Assembly (NCBI GenBank): GCA_030324005.1
Contig: JARDVH010000163.1
Location: 44,755,424 to 44,819,423 of the forward strand
Direction of reading: 5' to 3'
Origin: Negaprion brevirostris
Lineage: Eukaryota
DNA length: 64,000 nt
Shown here: in pieces, positions 1-13,206 of the stretch
How positions within the stretch are numbered: position 1 is the stretch's first letter
Layout: each line of letters opens with the position of its first letter
The notes under the pieces: model-generated
Told to the model about the DNA's origin: nothing
Databases searched by the model: none
What the model saw: the letters and a program-made list of their open reading frames with translations, nothing else
Program-made: the position numbers and the translations under genes

Positions 1-59
1 GAATGCGGGAGTTGCAGGGAGGCAGCAGTGTGGGGCAATGAGTTTGCACCATAGTTCAC

Positions 60-720
60 ACTCAGCTGACAAATTAGGCAAATGTTTAGCTAAGTTGTTC
101 ACAAACCGAACAAATCATTTCGCTGCTTTTACGTCTGTTGATCACTGCATTGCTGCTAAAGCTCTCACCTTGTCAGGATCTGGGTGATGACCTTTTGCCA
201 TCAATACATTACCTATGTACTTGATGTTGGGCATCTTCAGTTGCAATATGTTCTCGTTCAGCTTCAGATTTATCTGGCAAGCTTTCTCTAGCAGTCATAT
301 AAAACAAAAGCTTCTCAATTTTCATAGCCTATATCTTAAATGATGATCTTGGTCCGTTTTTGGCTCCTTCCATTGTGTCTCCACATTTATAGATTAGTAG
401 ATTATCCACTATGTCTTTCACTCCAGGAAGATGACTGATTATCTCATGTTGTCTATGTTGATACTCTCCTAGAGCCACAAAAATGACAAATGGCACATGC
501 AAACATCTGTGTCTCTCAAACAGCATCCAAAGTGGCATTAGACGGCCTCTGCTTTCATCCAGCTTTACTTGCCAGTAACCATTCAAATCTAGGGTGGTGA
601 ATAGCTTTGGCTTGTCAATTTGCAACAGCATTCCTTCGATGGTTGGCATGGGGTAGTGGATTTCTTCAGTGCTTTGTTTAGATCCTTAGGGTCATCATAC
701 TCACAGTTTTCCAGGTTGTT
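60..720 (-). mobile_element. Degenerate Ty3/Gypsy LTR retrotransposon pol (reverse transcriptase) fragment
   Basis: ORF 329-649 contains FTTLDLNGYWQVKLDES, HVPFVI and KDIVDNLLIY (a decayed Y/VxDD motif). Downstream frames give DPDKVRALAAM and FVNNLAKHL, typical of the Gypsy RT thumb. Confidence 0.75.
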
Positions 721-3700
721 TTACTCCCACCATGCAGCAAATCAAGTCTGTAGGAGTTACAGCATTTTTGATGGCTTCACTCTTTTCCAGCTCTTCTCTC
801 TTGTTTTTTAAGCTTAACTTGAGGGCAGCTGGAACTCTTCTTGGCAGATGCTGAATTGTCCAGGCTTGTTAATAAAATATGTTGCATCTCCAAGTTTTGC
901 AATTGTAAGTGGAAAAATTACCAGTTTTGCTGCATATCACTGACTAGGAGTGGGATGGGAAAATTTACTGCAGCCATTTTTTACTCATTCAGTATTTGCT
1001 TACAGCTTTTGTCTGTTTTCTTTTGTCCTTTTCAGTAGCATTTTTGCAGGTTTGAACCTTTCTGTGTTCCTTCCTTAGCTATGTCTTCTCTGTAGCCAGT
1101 ATTTTATTTTTGTCCTTTTTTCAGCAGCTTTTCTGCAGATTCTAACTTTGCTGTGTCCCTGACCTCTCAGTGTGTTCTCCATATCTTTTCCAGCATTCAA
1201 AAATCAAGTTCTTCTTCACGTTCTGACATCATGAGTGGGATTTTCCAACTGCGGCCTCCCTGTCACCACTCCCATGGTGGGCAGGATGGGAAAATTTCAC
1301 CCCATGTTTCATACATAAGGACTGAAGGGGCAGAATTGTAAAGGCCCTCCTGCCAATGGGGATTTCCAGTCCTACTGAAGACAATGGGCTTTTGCATGGC
1401 TTGCCACAGTTTACAGGCCCACCCTTGCCATGACTGGGCCATAAAATTTCATCCCAGACATTCATTGGTGAGTGTCTCAATGAGAGGCTTTATTGAACTG
1501 CTGTTAAGATGTTTGCCCCCAGGGGCAGCCTCATGACATAGTCAGATGGTTGCGAAAAGCCAGATGTTTCAATCAGACTGGTTACATTTACAACCCAAAC
1601 TGTCAGAACTTAGAAGGACTTTGCAGCTGGAATTGGTGCCATATACGCTGAGCCAATTGCCCAGTAAATCTGTGAGATACATCTTTGTCGTATCCGTGAC
1701 TTAATGTGCAATTTGTAATGACCACAATTTGTCCCTCAATCCAGTCTTAATTTATGTCGATTTTTGTTTGACTGTTAAAGTAAGAGTTGTAAAAGTGGCT
1801 TACTCGTTGGGGTTGTTCAATTAATTCGGTTCTTACGGACTGTTGGTCTCCACTGAGTTTGTAACAAAAACATCTGAGTAACTGCATTAGCAAAAATATG
1901 ACCATTTAATGGAAAAAGGATCATCATGTCTCAACCAAAAGAGGTGCTCCATAGATATTGAAAAAAGTAGTCAGTCATGAATGTGACTCAGGTTAGCATC
2001 CAAAGACACACTGTCTTAAGGTTGTACAGCTTCAAGGATGAGTATACAGCCCCTTTGCTGTAAGACACTCAGGCCACAGTTTTACAGATCTGCCAAAGTG
2101 TATCTCCCTTCAAGCAGATGTGGCAGGCCATTTAAACTGACGTTTACTTTGGTGGTACCGTAATATCCTGCCAGCCAGGAGGGGCCATAAAATCCTGGCT
2201 TCAAGCCTAGTCATGTTCATCTCCCGTCATTGCACAATAAGCCTCCATCATGATCAGTGAGACTCTAGACATGTCTGATGTAAACAACCACAATAAAACC
2301 AAATGAAGAAGGGAAAGGTTGCTCTTTATAAAAATAATTACTGCATCAATTTGTTCAAAATGTCCTGGTGGAATCTCGCCCCTGCCAATCAGCACCTTGC
2401 CCTCCAAAATCAACATGAAGCTGAGGTAACTTACAAAAGAACCAAAATGTAGGTGGAAAAAAAAAATCAATGTTAAACAAAAATTATCATGCCCTTGCTG
2501 CTCAGAATTATTCTCTGTGGTGCATCAGTTATTCAAACCATATCTGAAGCTCCTTAAAGGCATTTAGTGAATGGATCTTTTTTTTCACAATTGGTTGGTG
2601 ATTCGTCAGCCCTGAACCAAATAGTGGGCCTGTTTCCAATTAAATTATCATCTAAAATAAAAAACGGCAACAAACCTAGCTAAGCTGAAACAGAATCTAA
2701 AAGAGCCATGGGAAGCCATTCCTGCGTTCTTCACATGGATTTGGTGAGACCTACGGAGAAACAGCTGCAAAGGGTTATCTGAAACAGAAGTTGTACCACC
2801 AAGTATTGATTTGTGAAGGATATTTGCTTCGAATGCCTGACTGGAGGAATAGATTTTTTGCTAATAAGCAGGGTAATTTCCATACTTTTTCCCTCAAATC
2901 TCTTTGACAAATAACCTTCAAATCACGAGAAGTTATATAGCTGTACGTCTATAAACGTTACAATAACCATGGTACTTTACCTAACATAAACAGGATAGTG
3001 ATACAGTAAAAATCTATTTCATTTTTACTGTGTCAAGATATATGCAAAACTAAAAGTATCTTTTGTTCTAGAAAGATTTGGAATAACTTATTAATTTAAA
3101 TTAGGTCAAAGATATGTTTTCATTTGCAGTCCAAATTACCCAAAATGAAAAATTGAGTTTATAACTTGCCAGAGAAAGAATATTCTCGAGGGGCCTTGTT
3201 TTGTGTGTAAGTTGTATTTATGTCATGAGTACAATGTGTTTGACGGCATGGTAAGCTTCATTTGATGGTATTTGTGCAGATTACAAGATAGATACAGATG
3301 ATGAACTCTACTCAACCCTCCTTTTATCATCCAGTTTGCTCCAGTGTCACCTTTTCCACAATCACCTTTTAACTTATCACTTACAACCATCTCTCGTGGT
3401 TGCCTCCTTCTAAGTTCAACCAACTCAAATTTCTCTACTTTTCCCTTACAATTCTGCCTTTTAACACGAGGGTCCCCTTCAAGCCTCATCTCTATGTTGA
3501 ATCCAGGATTTAGCTGCCTGCTTATTACAAGACAACACTAAGTAGNNNNNNNNNNNNNNACGCTTCTTAGGCAAAATGAAGTTTCTATCCAAATGACCCT
3601 TGATGGAAAATGTGCACATGTGGACCTTGGGCAAGAAGTGATCGGACTCTAGTTTGATGCCACCCACAATCCCTGTTGAATCCACTTTGTCCGGGGTCAC

Positions 3701-4626
3701 GTTTTAAAAAGTTACTTCAATCAGGAACTAGAGAACAGCCAGAAGTAGTGGAACTGGATCTCAGCATCAGTCAACAGCCCTGGGAAAAGCGAAAAGAAAA
3801 CTGTGACAGAAATTAGGGACATCGCTGCACATAACAAAAATGAAATTGTATCACATAAAATAATTAAACAAAATTTATTTTGAAATTAAGAATATTAAAT
3901 TAAAATTTGAAAATTGGTGTAGAATCACATCTAACCTAGGCTGCTATGTTGAACTTCCAGATGTAGGCAACTGTCATATGTTGTGCCAGGTTTGATCAAG
4001 CTATAACTAATCATGAAAAATATGCAGGCAAAATAATAGGCATTACAATCCAATCTTAACCCCAGCATCCAATGAGAATGGGGCGTGCTGAAGTTAAAAA
4101 TTATGGTAAGGTAATACCTGTTGGACCTTCACTGATTTCACACCATTTATCATCTACACCTCAGGCATGCAAAGGCCAAACTGAAACTCAAAAATCTGGG
4201 TCTGATGATGTCTTTTAGGCCCGAATGCCATTTTAACAGATTTCTATTATGATCAGTGCCTTGTACTAAAAGGATGATCCCTCGGATCATCTTCAGTTGT
4301 AATCAAGGATTATGGCAAGATTTTTAAACAAAATTAGCAGTCTGTTTAGTGATTCTATATGCATTCTGGCAAAAGAAAAGGAGATCTTATAATTTAGCTT
4401 CCTACGTAAGATTTTAAATCTCTGTAGGATCAAAAAACACCTTGAATTGAGCTATTAAAATTATAGACCATCACTAAGTTACCGTTTTAACATAAGAATT
4501 GGATCCCATGTTAATACTGGACATTTTCAATCAATGGTACTGATATATAACGTGCATTCCTTACTCTGTGCTGTGATTATCCTCACTTTTACACACAAGT
4601 TTTTGTGTTTCATTGAAGCATATGAT

Positions 4627-7600
4627 CATACACATAGGAACATATGAATTAGGCACAGTAGTGGACCATCCAGCCCTTTAGAGTGCTCTGCCATTCAATA
4701 AGATTATGGCTGATTTGACCGCAGTCTCAACTTCATATTTCACCCACCTGCCAAATTCCTTTGACTCCCTTATTAGTCAAGAACATTTCAACTACTGCCT
4801 TAATATTGAATGACCAGCCTTTACCATATTCTGGGGAACAGAGTTCCAAAGATTCATGACCCTCTGTGAGGAAACATTTCTCCTCATCTCTGTCCTAACT
4901 GGGAGGCCCCATGTTTTTAAACTGTGTCCCCAAGTTCTGGTTTCTCCCACAAAGGGAAGCATCCTTTTAGTTTCCACCTCGCAAGTCCCCTGAGAAAATT
5001 ATATGTTTTAATAAAATCACCTCTTGATCTTCTAAATGCCAACGGATACAGGCCCAGTCTGTCCAACCTTTATAATAAGGTAACTCCATCCTGGTATCAG
5101 TCAAGTGAACCTTCCCCAGACTGCTTCGATCTCATTTATATCCTTTCATAAGTAAGGAGACAGAAACTGCACACAATACTGTATGATGTGGAGATGCCGG
5201 CGTTGGACTGGGGTAAACATAATAAGAAGTCTCACAACACCAGGTTAAAGTCCAGCAGGTACACAATACTGTAGACATGGTCATGTCAAAGCCCTGTACA
5301 ACTGTAGCAAAGTATCACTACTTTTATATTGGATTTCCCTTGCAATAAATAACAACATTTCATTTGCCTTTTTAATCATCGATATAGCTAGATATTAACT
5401 TTTCCTGATTCATGTACTAGTACCCACAGCTTCCTCTGTATCTCAGAGTTCTGCAAACTCTCTCCAAGTGCTCCTTTTATATTCTTTTTGCCAAAGTGGA
5501 CAAGTTTACATTTTCCCAATTTTTGCCCACTCACTTAACCTATCTATATCCCCTTGCTGACATCTTGGGCAGCATATTGAAGGGAGGCAGGTAGACAGTT
5601 GGCAACTCAAAGTGAAGTCAGTGCGGAGCTGACTTGCTCCACATCAGCCCACCCTACAGCCATAATGCTAATAAGGTTTCACCCTTCACTGGGGAAGAAG
5701 TTGCATCCAAAGACTTTGTTGGTTAAGTAGATTAGCTGACTGTTCTAGCAGGACTGCATTAGTAAGTCCTGCTCAAACTGCAAGCAGCCCCAAGAATAAG
5801 GCTCATTGGTCCCACAGCAAAGTAAATCTATGGTCTTCCACTGAGCAGCTGGGTGAAAGGGAGTCACTATCTTAGGGGGGCTGCTCTACAATGTGCAAAG
5901 GGCATGCCCAGAAGATAGCAGCCTTCCCCCCTCCCCACCCCGCCCCACTTCCTTTCTGCCCTTTGAAAAAGTTTTTTAAAAAGATGGCCTGCCCACTTCC
6001 ACCCAACTGCTCAGACCAACTGTGCAATGAACTGGACAACACATTATCTCAGTCAGTTGGGATGGACTTCATCCTAAAGTCTTAAAAGAAATGGCCACTG
6101 AGATAATGCATTGGTGAATGATGTTAGCAAGTTCAATTCAATCTTGGTTATTTATTTAAATATGGTGGGCGAGCTGCTGGTTACAGAACCTGCCCACCCC
6201 TGTGTTATGGGGTGAACTCCGCAGTGGACAAGAGGATGATGGAGTTGTCACACCCATTTTTTTGTGGCTCCCACACTGAAAAACACACCAAGTGGGGCAC
6301 ATAAAATTCAGTTCTTTATGTCTCCTTTACAACTTATCTCTCTTTGTGCCATCAGCAAATTTTAACAACCATACATTTGGTCCCTTCATCCAAGCCATCA
6401 ATATAAATATAAATAGATGAACTCCCAGCAATGATCCCTTTGGCACTCTACTCTGCATATCTTACCTATCTGAAAATGATCTGTTTCTGCCTATACTCTG
6501 TCTCTTGTTAGCTAATGAATAATCCTTCCAACCTAATACGTCACCCTGCAAAATCATGATCTCCTATGTTGCATGGTAATCTTTGATGTGGCAACTTATC
6601 AAATGCCTTCTGTAAATCCAAGTACAGCACATCCACTGGTTCCCCTTTATCCCTGATGCACATTACTTCCTCAAAGGACTCCAATAAATTAGTCAAACAT
6701 GATTTCCCTTTTGCTAAACCATGTTGACTCTGATTGCATTGAGATTTTCCAAGTGACCTGCTATACTGTCCTTGATAATAGAATCATAAAATCCCTATGA
6801 TGCAGAAGAGGCCATTAGGCCCACCAAGTCTGCACCCACTCTCTAGAATCCAGCAATTGCCTGACAAATGTTAAGCCAACTGATCTGTAGTTTCCTGTTT
6901 TCTGACTCTCTCCTTCCTTGAACATTCATTGTTTTCCAATCTGATGAGAGCCTCTCAGAATCTAGTGAATTTTGAAAAATTTAAAATCAATGAAGTGGCC
7001 ATTTCTTTTAAGACTTTAGGATGAAATCCATGTGGGACTTGAGAGCTTTCAATTCTAATTATTTTCTTAGTACTCTTTCCATGGTGATTGTAATTGTTTT
7101 AAGTTCCTCCCTCTCTTCCACCTTGTGATTCATAATTATTTCTGAGATGTTATTTGTAAACTCTACAGAGAAGACAGGCACAAAATATTTGTTCAATTCA
7201 TCGTCATTTCCTTAATTTTCATTACTAGTTCCACCATCATCACCCTCTAGATCACAGTGCTCACCTTAGTTACTCATTTCCTTGTTAAAGACTTAGATAC
7301 TCTTACTATCTATTTTTATATTTCTCGTACTCCCTCTTAATTAATCTTTTAGTCACCCTTTGCTGTTCTTTATATTCTGTCCAATATTCCAGCATGACAC
7401 TGGTCTTTGTCAAATTATATACTTTTTCTTTCAATTTGATACGACGTTTAACTTCTTTAGCTAACTCTGGATGATGTTTCATTCTCTCAGTCTTTCTTTC
7501 TTGCTAGAATATATTTTTTCTGAGTATTCTGAAATATCTCTTTAAATATATGCCATTTCATTTCCATTGGCCTAGCCCTTAACCTAATTTCCCAGTTCAA

Positions 7601-9610
7601 TTTAGTCAGCTCTGTCTTCATGCCTCATGATTACTCTTATTTAAGCTTAAAATACTAGTCATAGATTCACTCCTCTTTCCCTCAAACTGAATGTGAAATT
7701 TAATCATGTAATGATCACTGCTCCTAGGGGTGCCTTTAATTATGTCATTAATCCTGTCCCATTGCACATTAGCCAATCCAGTACAGCCTGATCTCTGGTT
7801 GGTGCTGATATGTGTTGTTCTAAGAAACTGTCTCAAAAATACTTTATGAACTCGTCTTCCAGACTACCTTTGCCAATCTGATTTGTCCAGTCTATATGTA
7901 AATTAAATCAATCAATCTCACAAGTCCCCATTATTTCTTCCTGTATTCCCTATCCTACCATGTGTTTTGGTGGGGAGAATCTATAAATCAGTTCTGCAAG
8001 TGACTTCTTACTTTTACTATTTCTCATCTCTATTCAACTGATTCTATATCTTAGGCTCCAGAACTAAGATCATCTCTCTCTCTATTGTACCAATATCATC
8101 CTTAATTAACAGAGCTACCCTTCCACCTTTTAAGAACTTCCTATCCTTCTAAATGTCATGTAGCCTTGAATATTCAGATTTCAGTTTTTGACATCCCGCA
8201 GCTACTTCTCTGTAATGGCTATCAGATCATATATATTTATTTCTATTTGTGCTGTCAATACATCTGTTTTGTTACGAATACTGCATGATTTTGGATACAG
8301 AAACTTTCATTCTGCTTTTTTAACTTTTTTTGTCACTTCGAGCCTTATCTGTTGGCGCACTCTCAGGTTTGTACATTTGTCCCTTCCTACCTTGCTCTGA
8401 TCCTCACTCCCCTTATTCCTACTTACTCTTTTGTCTTGTTTTATCTATTTAATTTATCTCACCTTCCCAAACTTGATCCCTTGTCCCCACAATTNNNNNN
8501 NNNNNNNNNNNNNNNNNNNNNNNNNNNNNNNNNNNNNNNNNNNNNNNNNNNNNNNNNNNNNNNNNNNNNNNNNNNNNNNNNNNNNNNNNNNNNNNNNNNN
8601 NNNNNNNNNNNNNNNNNNNNNNNNNNNNNNNNNNNNNNNNNNNNNNNNNNNNNNNNNNNNNNNNNNNNNNNNNNNNNNNNNNNNNNNNNNNNNNNNNNNN
8701 NNNNNNNNNNNNNNNNNNNNNNNNNNNNNNNNNNNNNNNNNNNNNNNNNNNNNNNNNNNNNNNNNNNNNNNNNNNNNNNNNNNNNNNNNNNNNNNNNNNN
8801 NNNNNNNNNNNNNNNNNNNNNNNNNNNNNNNNNNNNNNNNNNNNNNNNNNNNNNNNNNNNNNNNNNNNNNNNNNNNNNNNNNNNNNNNNNNNNNNNNNNN
8901 NNNNNNNNNNNNNNNNNNNNNNNNNNNNNNNNNNNNNNNNNNNNNNNNNNNNNNNNNNNNNNNNNNNNNNNNNNNNNNNNNNNNNNNNNNNNNNNNNNNN
9001 NNNNNNNNNNNNNNNNNNNNNNNNNNNNNNNNNNNNNNNNNNNNNNNNNNNNNNNNNNNNNNNNNNNNNNNNNNNNNNNNNNNNNNNNNNNNNNNNNNNN
9101 NNNNNNNNNNNNNNNNNNNNNNNNNNNNNNNNNNNNNNNNNNNNNNNNNNNNNNNNNNNNNNNNNNNNNNNNNNNNNNNNNNNNNNNNNNNNCACCTGAA
9201 CCACTCTCTTAAAGGCATATAACACGCCAAACTAATATATAACAGTTATCTCCTGATTCAGGTGTGAAACCTGCCTCAAACCTGTTGAACAATTACAAAG
9301 CCTGAGGCTTCTCCACTTCTACCTTCTAAATCCCCCTACCTGTATCATTCACAGTCTTACCCTCTTGTCCCTGACCATTGACTAAACCAGAAGACCCTAT
9401 TCTAAGGGGTGTGACTGGCTCCTGGTACAAAGTGTCCAGGAAATTTTGCCCTTCCACGATGCATCACAGTGTCGGCAGCTTGGCCTCCTGACTCTGAGTC
9501 AAAGCCCTTCAAGCCACAGACACTTCACAGACATGTTTGCCCTGGATCACCCAGGTATCCAGGATCTCTCACATTCTGCAGTTGCAACATATCACTTGCC
9601 CTGCCATTGT
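4627..9610 (-). mobile_element. Long, degenerate CR1-class LINE with nested insertions and an N gap
   Basis: CR1-type 3' tail (plus-strand cataggaacatatgaattagg) at about 4630. ORF2 C-terminal remnant RTWGHSLK...RRNVSSQRVMNLWNSVP (4792-4977) and endonuclease-end motif SSDHYMIKFHI (7618-7836). The sequence continues toward the 5' part across the gap; the outer boundary is approximate. Confidence 0.75.
5184..5260 (-). mobile_element. Penelope-like element terminal fragment with a 13-bp flanking direct repeat
   Basis: tgatgtggagatgccggcgttggactgggg...caccaggttaaagtccagcagg matches 22762-22835. It is flanked by acacaatactgta at 5171-5183 and 5261-5273. Confidence 0.7.
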
Positions 9611-11154
9611 TGTTACACATGAATTAATTTATTTTTAATTAATTTATTATTAATAAACGCTGTTATTCCCAACAACCTTTACTACTCCAGTAAGCCTTAC
9701 TACAACTAATAAAATCTTCCACTTACTAACAAATTACTAGTGTTGAAGATAAATGAGGAAATATTCACCTCTTTTTGCCTGTTTTTGCTAGGTGGTAGTT
9801 ACTATCTCTGGGTCCACATATTTAGCTGTATAAGAGGAATCTTATCTGTCAAAATATCTCTCATCATAACCATCTTTCCATTGAACATTCAGTATCTTAA
9901 CTATAATAGCTGTCCTAACTATTCATTCAATGGGATAGATTCACTTATCCAACATCAGCTGTAAAATCATGATACTGTTCTCATGATTTGCAGGTGAAGG
10001 GTTTTGACATTGTGAACCAGCTGCAGGAAAACATGCGAGAGTTCAGCTGGCTGCCAGATCCACACAAGGATCAGGAGATAACACATTGTGGAAGATTAAA
10101 CAAGGCCTGATGTTAAAATAGCTCATTAGCGATCCGGATTGTGCCTGCTGCTTTCGCCACAGGTCCTATGCTTGCCCTTGTTTCAAGTAAAACTGGGTCC
10201 ATTACCTACATAATTCTTTGTTTCCCTAGCTAGTATCACATGATGACAGTATATAATACAACAATATACTTGTATTCCTACGTCTCAACTTGAAATGGAT
10301 TTTATTCCAGATGAACCACAGAACAATAAGATATAATGACAATATACAGAATCTGTTGAAATCCAGCTGTTCTGCTTAAATCCCTTCTTTCCCTTCCCTG
10401 GTTTTACTTGGCTGTGCTCAGTTGTACACGCTGGCCAGCAGTTGTCTCTCCCGTTGTCTTTGCAGAGCAATTGTTGTAAATGTGCAGGGAGAACAAGAAC
10501 AATACTACTTTAAGTCTTCCTACTATGCTTGGAAGAGCTGTTTTGTCACTATGGTGATTGTATGGGGTCAAAAGTTTCAATCTTTTTCAGGTTTGGAAGA
10601 TCACCAAATCTGTTTTATATTGGGATATTGAATATTCCCAAGAAGAAAAGCAAAGGCAGGGAGCTCTGACTCAGGGGTAACAGTGATCCAGCTTCTGGGT
10701 AAATAAACCTGTTTTACAAATATATATAGTTTCAAATTAAGAATGTAAAATGTTGTTTGGTGGCTGTGAATAAATTACATGTCACCAGCTCGTCTTCATT
10801 TACAAGTTATACTATTTGGCCAGAATTGCATAAATACGGTAGAGACAAAATTATAGAAATGTAATATGTTGCTTGAAGAGACTAATGCAAAAGCTCTGGG
10901 TTGCATAGGAAGGGAATATACTGGAGAACTGGTGAGTTCAAGATGGTCTACCAGTTAGACTGCCAGATGGAATGGATGTAAAATGTAATGTATTCATTAA
11001 GAAGAAGAAATGAGTAAGTGTGAGATAGATGTACAGCTGAGGAGTGTTAAAAGCCAGGACAAAAGCACAGAAAATTAATTTTTGTAAAACATATTTTGAT
11101 AAGGGTACGAAGGTCAGTTGGTAATGCAAATTCAGGGGGAGGAATGAAAAGTAA

Positions 11155-11270
11155 GGCTGCTGTGATCCATGGTAAATGCTGGAAATACTCAGCAAGTGAG
11201 TTCACATCCATGGAGATGGAAACAAAATTAACATTTTAGGTTGATGGCCTTTCATCAGAACTGGGAGAAA
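11155..11270 (-). mobile_element. Penelope-like element fragment (second family) with a decayed hammerhead motif
   Basis: aaatgctggaaatactcagcaag...cctttcatcagaact; the minus strand carries CTGATGA followed by a broken stem and AAAA (decayed GAAA). Confidence 0.55.
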
Positions 11271-11297
11271 TTAAAGACAGTTTACAATCAAGTAGTT

Positions 11298-11580
11298 TTA
11301 AGTTTATTTATTAGTGGCATAAGTAGGCTTACCTTAACACTGCAAAGAAGTTACTGTGAAAATCCTCTTGTTGCCACACTCCAGCGCCTGTCTGAGTACA
11401 CTAAGGGGCAATTTAGTATGGCCAATCAGCCTAATCAACTTGTCTTTTGGACTGTGGGAGGAAACCGGAGCACCCGGAGCACGTGCAGACTTCGCACAGA
11501 CAGTGACACAAGCCAGGAATCAAACTTGGGCCCCCAACACTGCTCTGTGAGGCAACAGTGCTAACCACTGTGCCACTGTG
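11298..11580 (-). mobile_element. tRNA-derived SINE (V-SINE/HE1-like)
   Basis: Minus-strand head ggcacagtggttagcactgttgcctcacag (A box), a B-box-like segment, and the core ccgggtgctccggtttcctcccacagtccaaa shared with other copies in the window. Confidence 0.8.
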
Positions 11581-11604
11581 CTCACATCAATAATTTTGTA
11601 TCAT

Positions 11605-11750
11605 GAACTGTGGGAGGAAACTGTAACACCTGGAAGAAACACACAGGAAAAATGTGAAGACTCCACACAAACAGTGACCTGAGGCTGGAAGTGAACTTGG
11701 ATGCCTGGCACTGTGAGGCAGCAGTGCTAATCACTGTGCCACCATGCTGC
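11605..11750 (-). mobile_element. tRNA-derived SINE, second tandem partial copy
   Basis: Same head (ctgtgaggcagcagtgctaatcactgtgccacc on the plus strand) and core as 11298-11580. Confidence 0.75.
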
Positions 11751-12124
11751 CAAAACTGTGCTGTGGGAGAAGGGATTATAGAACTAAAGAGAATGTCAAT
11801 AGGGTAGAAGGTAAAAGAGGCAGTAATGAGTCAAATAAGTAAACAAAATTTAGGCCTTTTTAAAAATTCTTTNNNNNNNNNNNNNNNNNNNNNNNNNNNN
11901 NNNNNNNNNNNNNNNNNNNNNNNNNNNNNNNNNNNNNNNNNNNNNNNNNNNNNNNNNNNNNNNNNNNNNNNNNNNNNNNNNNNNNNNNNNNNNATTTTCG
12001 TTGGGTGGGATCAGCAACAGGAGCAGAAAATCGTATGGGAAGCCCAAGTTGCATTTCATGTCAACATAAAGGTGTGATATGATTTTTCACCCTCCCTTCT
12101 CCCATCTCTCTTAACAGTGATATA

Positions 12125-12900
12125 AAAGGAATATCAGGATTCTATCGGATATGAGAGGAAGGCAGGATCAGCCTATCGAGTTGGATGATCAGCCATGAGC
12201 ATAATAGACAGGCTCAAAGGGCCAAATGGACTCCTATCCTCTGAGTGAATAAATTCCTTCTTATCTCAGTCCTAATTGGCCAACCCCTTACCCTGAGTTA
12301 ATAAATTGCCACTAACCCATGAACCCTAACCTTACTTAATACTTTATTGAATGCCTTTTGAAAATCTAAAGATGCCACATTGATTGGTCCCCCATTATCA
12401 ATCCCATTAGTTACACAGACAAAAATTCTAATAAACAGGTCAAACACAATTTTCTTTCATGAAACTATGTTGATTTTGTCTGGTCCAACTATCATTTTCT
12501 ATGTGCCCTGTACCATCTCTCTAATTATATATTGTAACATTTTCCATCAAACTAATGTCAAGGTAACTAATTGATAGTTCGCTTTATGTCCCCTCCCCCA
12601 TACCCCTTTTTAGAAGAATGGGGATACATTTTCTATCCTCAACTCCATGCATACTATTCCAGAATATTGGGAACTGAGGAAGATCAAAATCAATACATAT
12701 GTTATCTCTGTAACCTTCACTATTAAAACCATAGGATGTAGGCCCTCATTTGTAAGATGCCTGATGGCTTTTAGTTTCATTACCTTCTTCAGTAATTTCT
12801 TTCTTAATATTAATTACTTTAAGTTCCTTATTCTCATCAAAACCTTGGTTCCTCACTGCTTCCAGCATTCTTCTTTGTCTTCTACAATGAAAAGATTTTG
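12125..12900 (-). mobile_element. Degenerate CR1 LINE fragments
   Basis: aatgccttttgaaaatctaaa...acattgattggtcccc is the antisense of the CR1 RT LDFQKAF motif, as also seen at 6601-6640. Confidence 0.6.
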
Positions 12901-12902
12901 TT

Positions 12903-13206
12903 CATAGAATCCTACAATGCGGAAAGAGGCCATTTGACCCATTGAATCTGCACAATCCCACCCAGGTCCTATCCCCATAACCCCATGCATTTACCCCAGC
13001 TAGTCCCCCTGACACTAAGGGACAACTTATCATGGCTAATCAAACTAACCTGCACTTTGGATCGTGGGAGGAAACCAGAGCACCTGGAGGAAACTCATAC
13101 AGATATGGGGAGAACGTGCAAGCTCTACATAGTGACTGAAGCTGAGAATCAAACGCAGGTCCCTAGTATTGTGAGACAGCAGTGCTAAGCACTGTGCCAC
13201 CGTGCC
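12903..13206 (-). mobile_element. Full-length tRNA-derived SINE with CR1-like tail
   Basis: Tail catagaatcctacaatgc, core gggaggaaaccagagcacctggagg, and head agcagtgctaagcactgtgccaccgtgcc. Confidence 0.8.

Noticed and set aside
8352-9230. Long ORFs spanning N runs (also near 13.5-14.3, 15.0-15.7 and 22.9-23.8 kb)
   Set aside because: They are open only because Ns contain no stop codons.
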